NCBI GenBank assembly: GCA_964390715.1
Contig: CAYMIM010000013.1
Coordinates: 27,311-91,310 of the forward strand
Origin: Candidatus Woesearchaeota archaeon
Lineage (GTDB): Archaea; Nanobdellota; Nanobdellia; SCGC-AAA011-G17; UBA489
DNA length: 64,000 nt
Reading direction: 5' to 3'
The notes below the pieces were generated by a model, which was not told where the DNA came from, did no database searches, and worked only from the letters and a program-made list of their open reading frames with translations. Position numbers and translations under genes: made by a program. The stretch's first letter is position 1; each line of letters starts with the position of its first letter. This document shows, one piece after another, positions 1 to 8,694 of the stretch.

Positions 1-891
1 TGCGTGCACTTCTTTGACTGATTGTAATTTTCCGCCACTGCCACGCTCTTGTTCAAACAAGGCTTTCACTTTCGTGACTAAAGGTTTATCTAAGGTTCCC
101 AAGACGATAGTATCGTTCGTTTTCAAGCTACCATCATAAAGAACAACATCAAGCACAACACCAAGTCCAGCTTCTTCTTTCACTTCAAGAATAGTTCCCT
201 TGCCAGGACCGCTCACAACAATCTGCAAGCTCTTTTCTAGATATTTTTGCGCTAATCCAATAAGAACCATCAAGAGTTCAGGCAATCCTTCTTGTGTCTT
301 TGCGCTGACAGGAATAATCGCTATCTGATTAGTATAATCGCTGACTCGATCAAACCGTTCTGAGGGAAATCCTAGTTCGGAAAATTTAGCTACTAAAGTA
401 TAAAGGAGATTATCCAGTTCTTGTTGCGCTCGTTCTGATTGTCCTTTGATATTCTGTAAGAGGGAAGTCTTGCTGGATCTCCAGCCGTCAAGAACATCAA
501 TTTTGTTTAAGGCTACAATAAACGGAGTTTTGTATTGGCGAAGAATGGCGATAGATTCAATCGTCTGTTCCTGAATGCCTTGGTTGGAATCAACAACAAG
601 AATAGCTAAGTCCGCGAGATTGCCTCCACGTTTACGCATATGGTTAAAGGCGGCGTGCCCAGGAGTGTCTAGAAACAACAGCCCAGGAATGTTTATTTTC
701 GTAGAGGCTTGTTTCAGTAATGGTCCACAGAATTTTTCTACTGCGCTAAAAGGAATAGGATAGGACTTCAGTGATTGAGTGATGCCTCCAGCTTCTCCTT
801 TGGTGATAGAAATCCCTTTAATCCGTTCTAAGATGCTCGATTTGCCGTGGTCAATATGACCTACAAGCACTACTATGGGTTGTCTGATCAT
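1..891 (-). CDS. infB: Translation initiation factor aIF-2/eIF5B (InfB homolog), N-terminal part; the gene runs off the window start
   Basis: Reverse-strand translation from ATG (complement 889..891) gives MIRQPIVVLVGHIDHGKSSILERIKGISITKGEAGGITQ...LDTPGHAAF...NKID. This is a GTPase G domain typical of aIF2/eIF5B. No stop codon within the window, so not in the ORF track. Confidence 0.8.
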   Translation of the reverse strand, partial: MIRQPIVVLVGHIDHGKSSILERIKGISITKGEAGGITQSLKSYPIPFSAVEKFCGPLLKQASTKINIPGLLFLDTPGHAAFNHMRKRGGNLADLAILVVDSNQGIQEQTIESIAILRQYKTPFIVALNKIDVLDGWRSSKTSLLQNIKGQSERAQQELDNLLYTLVAKFSELGFPSERFDRVSDYTNQIAIIPVSAKTQEGLPELLMVLIGLAQKYLEKSLQIVVSGPGKGTILEVKEEAGLGVVLDVVLYDGSLKTNDTIVLGTLDKPLVTKVKALFEQERGSGGKLQSVKEVHA

Positions 892-951
892 GGGATCCTC
901 TGCCTCTTTTCCTAGCGGAAAAAGGGTGAAAATCGTTTAAAAAGATTGGGG

Positions 952-1617
952 TTATAAGAGGTACTTAAAAGAAGGAGCTATAGCGACGGTCCCGCGATAA
1001 TCACCATAATGTATTTCATCGTCCGCTGTACCTCTTGCAATTTCTTCTCTAGTAAGAAGATGAACGAAGGGGTCTCTTTTTCTAATTCCTCCTTCAACAA
1101 GTCTGCGAGAAACACGTGTGAGGTTTGCTTGAAATATTTCCCAAAAATATTCTGTGAGTTCTCCTTTTTGTTCACCTCGTGAGGTAGATAATTGTATACG
1201 AACTGTGCTAATAAGATTTAATTTTGGAAATCCGTTACGTACCAAAGCAAGAACTTGTTGATCGTGAATAAGTTCTTCATAGAGTTCTCGAGAAGGAGTA
1301 CGCTCTCTACGTCTGCGACTGGCAAACCAAGAAGCGAAAGCTTCTAAAGCAGTTTTTCGATCATCAAGAGACTCTGGTAATAATAAACGCAAATCTTTTC
1401 CTTCCTCCTGAAAAGTAAGGCCGAGTTCTCGTTCTAAGTATTTTCTGGTAGTCTTTTTAGTATAATGAAAACTACCTCCTGGTGGACTATAAACAAATTT
1501 TCCCTGGCGCAAGCTATTTTCATTAAGAGTACCAAGAAATTTATCATGGAGAACAATTTTAATAAGACCTGCACAACTTATTCGACGTGGAATAGTTGAA
1601 GATATCATAAGGATCAT
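952..1617 (-). CDS. Hypothetical protein (221 aa), start overlaps the stop of the upstream kinase-like gene (ATGA), suggesting co-translation
   Basis: ORF track. 4-nt overlap with the 1614..3068 gene. No recognizable motif. Confidence 0.45.
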   Translation of the reverse strand: MILMISSTIPRRISCAGLIKIVLHDKFLGTLNENSLRQGKFVYSPPGGSFHYTKKTTRKYLERELGLTFQEEGKDLRLLLPESLDDRKTALEAFASWFASRRRRERTPSRELYEELIHDQQVLALVRNGFPKLNLISTVRIQLSTSRGEQKGELTEYFWEIFQANLTRVSRRLVEGGIRKRDPFVHLLTREEIARGTADDEIHYGDYRGTVAIAPSFKYLL

Positions 1618-3068
1618 TTCCTATCAGAATAGTTTTGAGATAATAATTTCCCTCGTTTATAAGAATGCACGAAAGATTTAAAGAGAGAATCTTGTTGTGT
1701 AGGATCATCAAGAGAACTTAAAAATTGAGATTTAAGGTCCCCAGGAATCAAAGAAAGCACACCACCATATAAAGAAGGAAATAAGTCTCTATTTTTGTTC
1801 AAAATCTGAAGTAAAGAAAGAGATTGTGCGACAAAATAATGTTCTGGTTTTTTAAGGGGGAGATTAGAGATACCAGACGGAGATTCTTGACGACGTTTGT
1901 CATTTCTTGAAGTTAGTTGAAGAGAGTCAGATTGTCTAAGGCTAAGATAAGTAAAAACGGTTCCTATATTATGTAAAAGCACCTCTACAGCCCCTATAGC
2001 AAACCTATGTTTATTATCATCTGTAGAAGATAATTGGAGCTGGTGTCGCTTAATAAGGTCTTCTAGTTGTTGATCGTGAATCTGAGAAAGTTGATCCAAA
2101 GAAAACATGGCTCTCAAGCGAGGATCCATTAGCAAAGAGATCATATCTAAGTCTACAGGACCTTTGCGCATATCAGTAAGATCACAAAGAGCAAACTTTA
2201 GAGAAGAACCATCTCCAGAACAACGATAAAGAATATTATCCGGTCGAAAATCGCCATGAATAATAGTCTCAGGAGCTTCCAAATATTCTATTAAAGACAT
2301 GCGTTCACGATAATGACCATATCTTTGATTCCAATCTAACAACCTATTTTCAGAAGCGTCCTCATTTAGAAGATGTGGAATTTTAGCTTTAGATTGGCTA
2401 GATATATAAAAGTTTCCTAAAGTCTTAAACAAAGCACGTAAATTACGATTTAAAAATTTATGAATATCAGAGCGTTCATTGTATCGAAGAGAGACTTTCT
2501 CTGGATGTTCTCCAGAAGATAAATTTACTCGAGCTAAAGAATCATGACTTTCTGTGAGAATGGTAGTTAAATCCTTTTGTACATCTTGACGAAGGTCAGA
2601 TCTTCTCTGTTCCTTTCTACTCCTCTTAAATGCCCAGTATTGTTCATCAAGTCGTTTATAGTATGATCCATCAAGAGCAGTCATAACTACAAAATGATTT
2701 GTAGGATCATGAAGCACAGGCTGTGGTTGATTATCATTAATTTCGTGCAGTAAAGAAAGGTTAATATATTCGGCTTGATCTAACTGCATTTCTGTTGGCT
2801 CAGCTAAGCCTGGTCGCATATGTATACTTTCTTCAGGAGGTAGAAATCGTTTGATAATAAAATTTTTAGGTCCTGCTTTTAAGTCAGAAGAAGTAATGGT
2901 GATTTTGTAAACTTCTGAACGAGTACCTCGATAGATTAATGCTACGTTATGTTCGATTTGAAGATCGGAAGAAATACTTAAAGATTGAGAAAGATGACTA
3001 TGAAAGGGCTTAGAAGTAGTTATAGCTTTAATCCATCTCAAGTCCGGTGTAGCTTCGACAGGTACCAT
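1614..3068 (-). CDS. Protein-kinase-like fold protein (APH/choline-kinase/RIO-like phosphotransferase family)
   Basis: Motif IIHGDFRPDNILY (HGDxxxxN catalytic loop) followed by ALCDLTD (DFG-equivalent Asp) in a 484-aa ORF. Confidence 0.5.
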   Translation of the reverse strand: MVPVEATPDLRWIKAITTSKPFHSHLSQSLSISSDLQIEHNVALIYRGTRSEVYKITITSSDLKAGPKNFIIKRFLPPEESIHMRPGLAEPTEMQLDQAEYINLSLLHEINDNQPQPVLHDPTNHFVVMTALDGSYYKRLDEQYWAFKRSRKEQRRSDLRQDVQKDLTTILTESHDSLARVNLSSGEHPEKVSLRYNERSDIHKFLNRNLRALFKTLGNFYISSQSKAKIPHLLNEDASENRLLDWNQRYGHYRERMSLIEYLEAPETIIHGDFRPDNILYRCSGDGSSLKFALCDLTDMRKGPVDLDMISLLMDPRLRAMFSLDQLSQIHDQQLEDLIKRHQLQLSSTDDNKHRFAIGAVEVLLHNIGTVFTYLSLRQSDSLQLTSRNDKRRQESPSGISNLPLKKPEHYFVAQSLSLLQILNKNRDLFPSLYGGVLSLIPGDLKSQFLSSLDDPTQQDSLFKSFVHSYKRGKLLSQNYSDRK

Positions 3069-3167
3069 GTTTCATTGTTTCACCCCATTTGATTTAAGCG
3101 TTGATATTATTATATTAGTTTCTTTTCTTACTTGAAAATCCCTTTATAAAACTTTTTAAGAGTAGAG

Positions 3168-4133
3168 CTAGGAGTATCTTCCCTCCTCTCGATAGACTAA
3201 TCGCGCTAAATTACGAGTAAAAACTATAATAGTCTTGAGGCGTTCAAAAGAGGAAAATAAGTGAGGATCCTTGCATTTTTTAATAGAAGTATTGCAGATA
3301 TCTAGAAGCTTCTCGCGTTCTTTAGCAATATCATAGGCCAAATTCTCATCATGGTTATAAATAGCTTTCATAACATCAAGATAGAGTTTATGGGTTTTTT
3401 CATAAATAGAAAAGAAATCAGGTACTTTTTTAGGGGAATTGCCTGATTGTGTTAGTGTTCGCCCTATACGCTTAATCTCGTCTGCTATTAATTCTAGTTG
3501 TTCAACAATCTCATTAGAGAATAAAAGCTGAGGAATATTGGTATCGAGCCTCTTGATAAGTGGTGGATGGCGAAGACATTTTTTAACTATACGGTCAGAA
3601 AGATAGGCTAATCGATTAATATCTTTATCGCGACGAAGAAGGTCAGAAGAGTCATCTTCCAAAGAAATTGTCTGTAAATCTTCAAACATGGAGCGCAGAA
3701 TAGTATCGATTCTCCTAATAATAACTTTAAAGGATATTTCAGAAGGATTAAGGAAGTCCTTAGCAACTAGCTTAGTTTTAGTTTGTTCTATAATTTCCAG
3801 AGCCATGAGGTTATTGAGCAGATTACGAATATAAGTCTGTTTTTCACGAAGCGTTTTCTCGCCTTGCAAAATAAAAGTATCATAACCAGCAAGATATTTA
3901 GAAATGATGCGTCGTTCAATATCAGATTCATCTAAAGAGTCAATATCAAGGGTAAGTGTAAGAGATTCAGGCTCAGTTTCTTCCATTCTCGGAGAAACAA
4001 CAAGCTCATTATTCCCGTTCTCATTCATGTAAACCATATCACCTTTCTGTAAATTATTTTTCCTCAACCAGTCCTTCGGAACAGAAACTACAAAAGAGCT
4101 ATTGCCAAACTTGATCAGTCGTCTATAATCCAT
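3168..4133 (-). CDS. Archaeal PhoU-family phosphate uptake regulator homolog (N-terminal AbrB/SpoVT swapped-hairpin plus PhoU repeats)
   Basis: N-terminus MDYRRLIKFGNSSFVVSVPKDWLRKNNLQKGDMVYM matches the AbrB-like domain of archaeal PhoU homologs. About 320 aa with helical PhoU-like repeats. Confidence 0.6.
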   Translation of the reverse strand: MDYRRLIKFGNSSFVVSVPKDWLRKNNLQKGDMVYMNENGNNELVVSPRMEETEPESLTLTLDIDSLDESDIERRIISKYLAGYDTFILQGEKTLREKQTYIRNLLNNLMALEIIEQTKTKLVAKDFLNPSEISFKVIIRRIDTILRSMFEDLQTISLEDDSSDLLRRDKDINRLAYLSDRIVKKCLRHPPLIKRLDTNIPQLLFSNEIVEQLELIADEIKRIGRTLTQSGNSPKKVPDFFSIYEKTHKLYLDVMKAIYNHDENLAYDIAKEREKLLDICNTSIKKCKDPHLFSSFERLKTIIVFTRNLARLVYREEGRYS

Positions 4134-4249
4134 GTTTCATCCCCCATAATATGTATTGGAAATACTACCGTAATCTTTTCGGTAAAATATATCCCTAATA
4201 TATAGAATATCGGACACCTATATATAAATCTATCCCTCTATATGCTTCT

Positions 4250-4459
4250 ATGAGTAGCCACCAACACTGGGGGGTGAAATCGATGGCAGCGCACAAAGAT
4301 CGAACAAAAAAAGAGATGTACGAGTTGTTTGATGAGCTGGAAGAGAACGATGATTTCTACAGTGAGAACGAGATAGGGTCGTTGTTGGAAGACGATGAAA
4401 TCTCTGACGAAGAAGAAGCCTTCATGATGGGCTATATGGACCTTGATGAAGCGCGGTGA
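4250..4459 (+). CDS. Small highly acidic protein (69 aa) ending in an FMMGY motif; paralog of the N-terminal half of the 19018..19299 gene
   Basis: TATA-like CTATATATAAAT about 25 nt upstream of the ATG (leaderless arrangement). Acidic run plus E-A-F-M-M-G-Y resembles DEGFMKGY in the 93-aa paralog. Confidence 0.5.
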   Translation: MSSHQHWGVKSMAAHKDRTKKEMYELFDELEENDDFYSENEIGSLLEDDEISDEEEAFMMGYMDLDEAR

Positions 4460-4469
4460 GGACAAACCC

Positions 4470-4613
4470 ATGACTAAGTACCGAATGTGCATAGCCTGCG
4501 CGACACTCATCACCAAGAGTGCGCGCTCTGATCCCTATATTTGTAGGGAATGTGAGCGAGAAATGCGGGCGATGGAGCTCCTAACGCCAGTCTATCATCA
4601 ACGTTTCGAGTAA
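4470..4613 (+). CDS. Small zinc-ribbon protein (CxxC...CxxC), possibly the frameshifted C-terminal half of the upstream acidic gene
   Basis: Translation MTKYRMCIACATLITKSARSDPYICRECEREMRAMELLTPVYHQRFE. The frame overlaps the end of the 4250..4459 ORF. Paralog 19018..19299 has acidic region, FMKGY, then CAQC...CSQEC in one frame. Confidence 0.4.
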   Translation: MTKYRMCIACATLITKSARSDPYICRECEREMRAMELLTPVYHQRFE

Positions 4614-4706
4614 ACACCATGCGACAAGACCAGATAAACAGCAAGCAGCGGCCAAAGAAGAAAAGAGGTATCAGGGAAAAGCCGTTGTATCCTATTGATA
4701 TCGAGA

Positions 4707-5087
4707 TTATTCACGAATAAATGACTGGGGTACGCTGATATAAAGAGTGTCACCAATATATTTTGCGGACGCCTTCAGCATGTTCGCGGTTGAAGGTAAA
4801 TCAATCGAGCGATAATAAGTTTTGACATGCTTTCCAAATGCTTTGTGTTCTGCTAGAACTTCTACAGTTCGTCCAGCCATTTTCAAAGTCAAATAACGTC
4901 GATCTACATCGGGTAAAGTGACCTTAATGAGAATCTCTTTGAAGTTTTGGGACATTTCGCTGTACGGTTCTTCAAATTGACCCATCGCTTTCTTCACAGC
5001 GTTGACATTCTTCTTGAGAATCTTGACAAATTTATTGAGATCTGCTTGTTCTAAGAAAGACATCTCTTTTTTTGTTCTTTTTCCCAC
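4707..5087 (-). CDS. Small heat shock protein, Hsp20/alpha-crystallin family
   Basis: 126 aa. FKEILIKVTLPDVDRRYLTLKMAGRTVEVLAEHK resembles the alpha-crystallin domain core. Confidence 0.6.
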   Translation of the reverse strand: MGKRTKKEMSFLEQADLNKFVKILKKNVNAVKKAMGQFEEPYSEMSQNFKEILIKVTLPDVDRRYLTLKMAGRTVEVLAEHKAFGKHVKTYYRSIDLPSTANMLKASAKYIGDTLYISVPQSFIRE

Positions 5088-5109
5088 CTATACACCCCTA
5101 GTTTAGGGA

Positions 5110-5673
5110 TTAATAAAGATGATGGTCATGTACGCCTTTATAGGAATATAATTCTTGCGCAGTAAACCATAAGGAAATTTCTCTATCCGCTTCTGCTTTA
5201 GTTCCTGACGCGTGCACTAAGTTTCTTACGGATCGTCCTTTGTTGTCGCTTAAAGCGTAGCTGTCTAAAGCAAAGTCTCCGCGAATAGTGCCAGGCGATG
5301 CTTGTCTGGGTTCTGTCGATCCAACAATCTTTCTGCCAAGATCAATAGCGTGTGGTCCCTCAAGCGCAATCGCGACAACAGGTCCTTCTTGCAAGAAAAT
5401 TTTGTTCATTTTTTGGACACGTTCAGCGATTTGCTTTGGCGTTTCTTTCAAGGTCATGCCTTTTTCCGCGTAGCTTTTTTTTGTTTTTTCCGCTAACGCG
5501 TTAGCCCATTCTTCCGTAACAACATAATGGTTGCTTGCCATCATATCGCTTGCTTTAACAAGTTTCAATCCGACAATCTTCAGACCAATTTGTTCAAAAC
5601 GTTTGAGAATTTCTCCCACTAATCCTTTCAAGACACCATCGTGTTTGACCAGAATTAGGGTGCGTTCCATCAT
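5110..5673 (-). CDS. ndk: Nucleoside diphosphate kinase
   Basis: [12 protein letters not shown]...[20 protein letters not shown] matches NDK conserved segments, including the active-site His region. Confidence 0.85.
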   Translation of the reverse strand: MMERTLILVKHDGVLKGLVGEILKRFEQIGLKIVGLKLVKASDMMASNHYVVTEEWANALAEKTKKSYAEKGMTLKETPKQIAERVQKMNKIFLQEGPVVAIALEGPHAIDLGRKIVGSTEPRQASPGTIRGDFALDSYALSDNKGRSVRNLVHASGTKAEADREISLWFTAQELYSYKGVHDHHLY

Positions 5674-5882
5674 AGTTTATTGAGTTTTTCTTTTGACTTT
5701 TGAGAAGCTGAAAGTTTTTCTTCATGTCTAGCCCATTTGACTCGTAAAGCTTTTCTGCCAAGGACTAAAGAGTTTTTTCTGCATTTAGAGCCGCAAAAAT
5801 AAAGAATTTTAGCGTCATTGCGCACATACATGATGCCTGTTCCAGGGTTCATGGTCTTTCCGCAGAAGCTGCAGAGAGTCAT
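5670..5882 (-). CDS. rpl24e: 50S ribosomal protein L24e
   Basis: [37 protein letters not shown] is the L24e zinc-binding signature. Confidence 0.9.
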   Translation of the reverse strand: MTLCSFCGKTMNPGTGIMYVRNDAKILYFCGSKCRKNSLVLGRKALRVKWARHEEKLSASQKSKEKLNKL

Positions 5883-6223
5883 GTTTTTCTACCGCCCTTG
5901 GAATTTTGTGTTAGGCTGCGAGCTTCAATTTCTGTTTCTCGCAAGAGTAAAACATCTTGTTCGCGAATAGCTCCTTTGACATTGCGTCGCAAAACTTTGC
6001 CCTTATCTATGCCATCCATAATACGGCAGCGAACTTGAGTAATGCCTCCACGAGTGCCAGTTCTGCCAACAATCTCTTCAACGATAGCGGGTACAGCGGG
6101 AGTAAAATTAACAGTCGTTCCTTTTTGTTGTTGAGGTTGTTCTGGAACAGCGGCTTGCTGTTTGTCAGGTCTCTTGCCTGGAGGAGCAGGCGCTTGTTTT
6201 GGAACAGGAGGTTGATCAGCCAT
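5879..6223 (-). CDS. rps28e: 30S ribosomal protein S28e with a Pro/Gln-rich N-terminal extension of about 45 aa
   Basis: [59 protein letters not shown] matches the S28e core. Start overlaps L24e. Confidence 0.85.
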   Translation of the reverse strand: MADQPPVPKQAPAPPGKRPDKQQAAVPEQPQQQKGTTVNFTPAVPAIVEEIVGRTGTRGGITQVRCRIMDGIDKGKVLRRNVKGAIREQDVLLLRETEIEARSLTQNSKGGRKT

Positions 6224-6234
6224 AGTCTACCTGG

Positions 6235-6564
6235 TTATTTGGATTTAGCCGCGATGTCCTTAATCAGATCAGCGGCGTCCCCTTCTTGAACAATGGCTAC
6301 ACTCACAGTAGGAACACTTAAACCAGCGGCGGCGCCTAATTCTTCTTTGCTTGCCTTGGCGACAAAAAGAACTTTCTTTTCCGTGCATAAGGGAGCTAAG
6401 TGCAGAGTGATTTCTGGTGGATTAGCGTCTCCAGCGATAACAACGAGTTTAGCGATGCCACGTTCAATAGCTTTCGTGGTTTCATTAGTGCCTTTTTTAA
6501 TTTTGCCTGTTTTTCTGGCGATTTCAACAGCTTCGTAAGCTTTTTTTAAGAGTTCATCTGACAT
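6235..6564 (-). CDS. rpl7ae: 50S ribosomal protein L7Ae (kink-turn binding)
   Basis: [46 protein letters not shown] is typical L7Ae/L30e fold. Conserved L7Ae-S28e-L24e-ndk order. Confidence 0.9.
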   Translation of the reverse strand: MSDELLKKAYEAVEIARKTGKIKKGTNETTKAIERGIAKLVVIAGDANPPEITLHLAPLCTEKKVLFVAKASKEELGAAAGLSVPTVSVAIVQEGDAADLIKDIAAKSK

Positions 6565-6643
6565 GGTGTACCTCCCTCAAACCCATAAGGTCATTGGTAC
6601 AAAAAGAACCAGCTCAACGCTTTAAAAAGGTTTCTATCAACGT

Positions 6644-7690
6644 TTAGTTATTTTGCGCGGCAGATCGAAAATGAGTAGAAATATAAAAGAGAAGAAACAA
6701 GACTGCTACGGCGATCGTAATAAAAATAATATTCTTCAAGATAATGATAAGAGTCCAGAGCAAGGCGAAATGGAGAAGTGCGAGCAACAGACTGACAAAG
6801 AAAATAACAAAGCCAACCGCGCCATCAATCCATCTACCGATAAGAGGTATTTTTCGAACGTAGTTGGACATAACGGAAAGAGGTCCAAAAAGTAACATAT
6901 AACCAGCAAACAAGATAAGAAGAGTCATAAGTCGTAAAAACATAGCCCAGAATTTATCTTGTTCTTTAAGTGCTGCATAAGTTTGCTGATAATTTTTTGT
7001 AGACACCAGTAAATATTTTTTGTTGCCACTGTCACTAATAACTTGGCCATCAGAATTTCCAGCTACTAACAAGGAAGTAGTATCTCTGATATAATGCATG
7101 CTTTCTCGGTGAGTGGTATCAATGTCTTTTTTATATTCTTCAGCTCCAATAATTTTAGCGTTTTCTGATGTTAGAACTTTAAAATTTCCTAAAGAAAAAG
7201 GTGGAAATTTAGTCTCTTTGGAGAGAATATTCCAATTGCTTTCATTGACGCTATAACATTGCTCACATTTTTCTTCATCATTATTGTCACGACGACATTG
7301 TTGTCCTTTTTTTTCAAGTACCTGTTGATTTTGTTGCAACGCGCCACAATAATCTTTAACCATATATTGTAGTTCTTCTTGTTGGTAGTCATAGTAGAGA
7401 CAATTTCCTGTTACTCTGTTATTATAGCAAGGAATAGGATCAGTGGTAGTTGCAACGCCCGTTGTTCTAATATACCCTGTTGCTCCGCTCATGGGTGTTA
7501 CTTCTTTCGTTAAAGAGAATATCTTCGCGCTATTTTGGCTTTCCGCAAACCACAACACCATTGGGGCAAAAAGAATAAGAAACAAAAGACCTACAAAAAT
7601 GCCTACGACACTTTTGAACAATAAAGAAATAGGATTTGACGATGGAGCTCGCTGTACCGTTCCAGGAGCTGGAGTTTGGAAGTCAACCAT
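6644..7690 (-). CDS. Membrane protein, N-terminal TM, Cys-rich extracytoplasmic domain, C-terminal multi-TM region; function unknown
   Basis: 348-aa ORF. Hydrophobic segments at the N-terminus and over the last ~120 aa. Multiple Cys pairs in the central domain. Confidence 0.5.
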   Translation of the reverse strand: MVDFQTPAPGTVQRAPSSNPISLLFKSVVGIFVGLLFLILFAPMVLWFAESQNSAKIFSLTKEVTPMSGATGYIRTTGVATTTDPIPCYNNRVTGNCLYYDYQQEELQYMVKDYCGALQQNQQVLEKKGQQCRRDNNDEEKCEQCYSVNESNWNILSKETKFPPFSLGNFKVLTSENAKIIGAEEYKKDIDTTHRESMHYIRDTTSLLVAGNSDGQVISDSGNKKYLLVSTKNYQQTYAALKEQDKFWAMFLRLMTLLILFAGYMLLFGPLSVMSNYVRKIPLIGRWIDGAVGFVIFFVSLLLALLHFALLWTLIIILKNIIFITIAVAVLFLLFYISTHFRSAAQNN

Positions 7691-7775
7691 AGTAATTTGT
7701 GATTTCTGTTGCTTTAAATAGATTCTCTTTTTTACGTAGAATCCTAATAAAAGGAAGATTTATATAGAAAAGAAA

Positions 7776-8243
7776 ATGAATAAATATATGCAGATAAAAA
7801 AAGCAATGGGTGTGTTAATTCTCTGTATATTTATTTCAGCCTGTTCAACAGGGCAAACAAAAACTAATGAGAATAAAAAAGTTGTCGTTGAAGATAACTC
7901 TTATTTTGTAGGTAAGTGGAAAGCAGAAAAAATATATGGTGTTGATCCAAGCGCTCAACAACTCGTCGAGGGTCAGTTAAGTGCATATCCTGATGGATTA
8001 TATATGGAATTTACAAAAGATGGAAAGGCATGTTCAATGTGGGACGGCGCTACCTGTACCGCCTATGGACAATCCTATCAAACAGAAGGAAACTTGTTGC
8101 TAATGAAACAAGAAGGTTTGACTGGACCTGAATTTAGATATATGTGGAAAAAAACAGGAGAAGCAAAATTAGAGTTAACTGCAGAATTTTTGATGGATAA
8201 CAAATGGACTACAGCAATAAAATATATGCTCGTTAAGGCATAA
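7776..8243 (+). CDS. Putative secreted lipoprotein (lipobox-like ISACS), function unknown
   Basis: N-terminal MNKYMQIKKAMGVLILCIFISACSTGQ signal/lipobox-like sequence. AT-rich gene. Confidence 0.45.
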   Translation: MNKYMQIKKAMGVLILCIFISACSTGQTKTNENKKVVVEDNSYFVGKWKAEKIYGVDPSAQQLVEGQLSAYPDGLYMEFTKDGKACSMWDGATCTAYGQSYQTEGNLLLMKQEGLTGPEFRYMWKKTGEAKLELTAEFLMDNKWTTAIKYMLVKA

Positions 8244-8262
8244 AATCAAAAGAGATTTATTC

Positions 8263-8638
8263 AAAGTTTTTTAACTAAAAACCCATTCTTAGTCAAAGGC
8301 AAGATTTTCACAGCGGTCCCCTTTTTAAGATGAAGATGCTCTGCGAGTTCTGAGGGAATTCCTAAAGCTAGACTTCTGCCGCTGATGGTTATTTTTCGTT
8401 GAAAAGCGAAAGCGTGTTTTCTAAGTTAATTAGTTCTCTGTTCCATTCTTTTTGCTTGCTGTTCGGTAAAAAAGAATTCATGACACTTTCCACATTGATA
8501 AGCGGGAACCTTGGTTAAAGGAAACCCCTCATCAAATTCGTAGTTTTTAAGCAGAACAAGCTTCATCTCTTTGTTGCATGTGGCGCAATAAATTATCCCT
8601 TCTTTTAAGTGTGTAAGCTTATCTAAATAGTTGATAGA
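8263..8638 (-). pseudogene. Degraded zinc-ribbon plus AbrB-like swapped-hairpin ORF, with an in-frame TAA and no canonical start covering the first CxxC
   Basis: Minus-strand frame reads ...YCATCNKEMKLVLLKNYEFDEGFPLTKVPAYQCGKCHEFFFTEQQAKRMEQRTN*LRKHAFAFQRKITISGRSLALGIPSELAEHLHLKKGTAVKILPLTKNGFLVKKL*. Only one ATG (8564..8566), after the first CxxC. Confidence 0.35.
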
Positions 8639-8694
8639 CTAATGGGAGAATTCAAATATAAAAGCTTTTATATCTAGACTAAATGAGATAAATC

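Noticed and set aside
575-763. 62-aa plus-strand ORF
   Set aside because: Lies entirely antisense within the aIF2 (infB) coding region on the minus strand; no independent support.
4617-4718. 33-codon ORF (MRQDQINSKQRPKKKRGIREKPLYPIDIEIIHE) between the zinc-ribbon ORF and Hsp20
   Set aside because: Overlaps the C-terminus of the convergent Hsp20 gene and has no features beyond basic residues; likely chance ORF in the GC-richer spacer.
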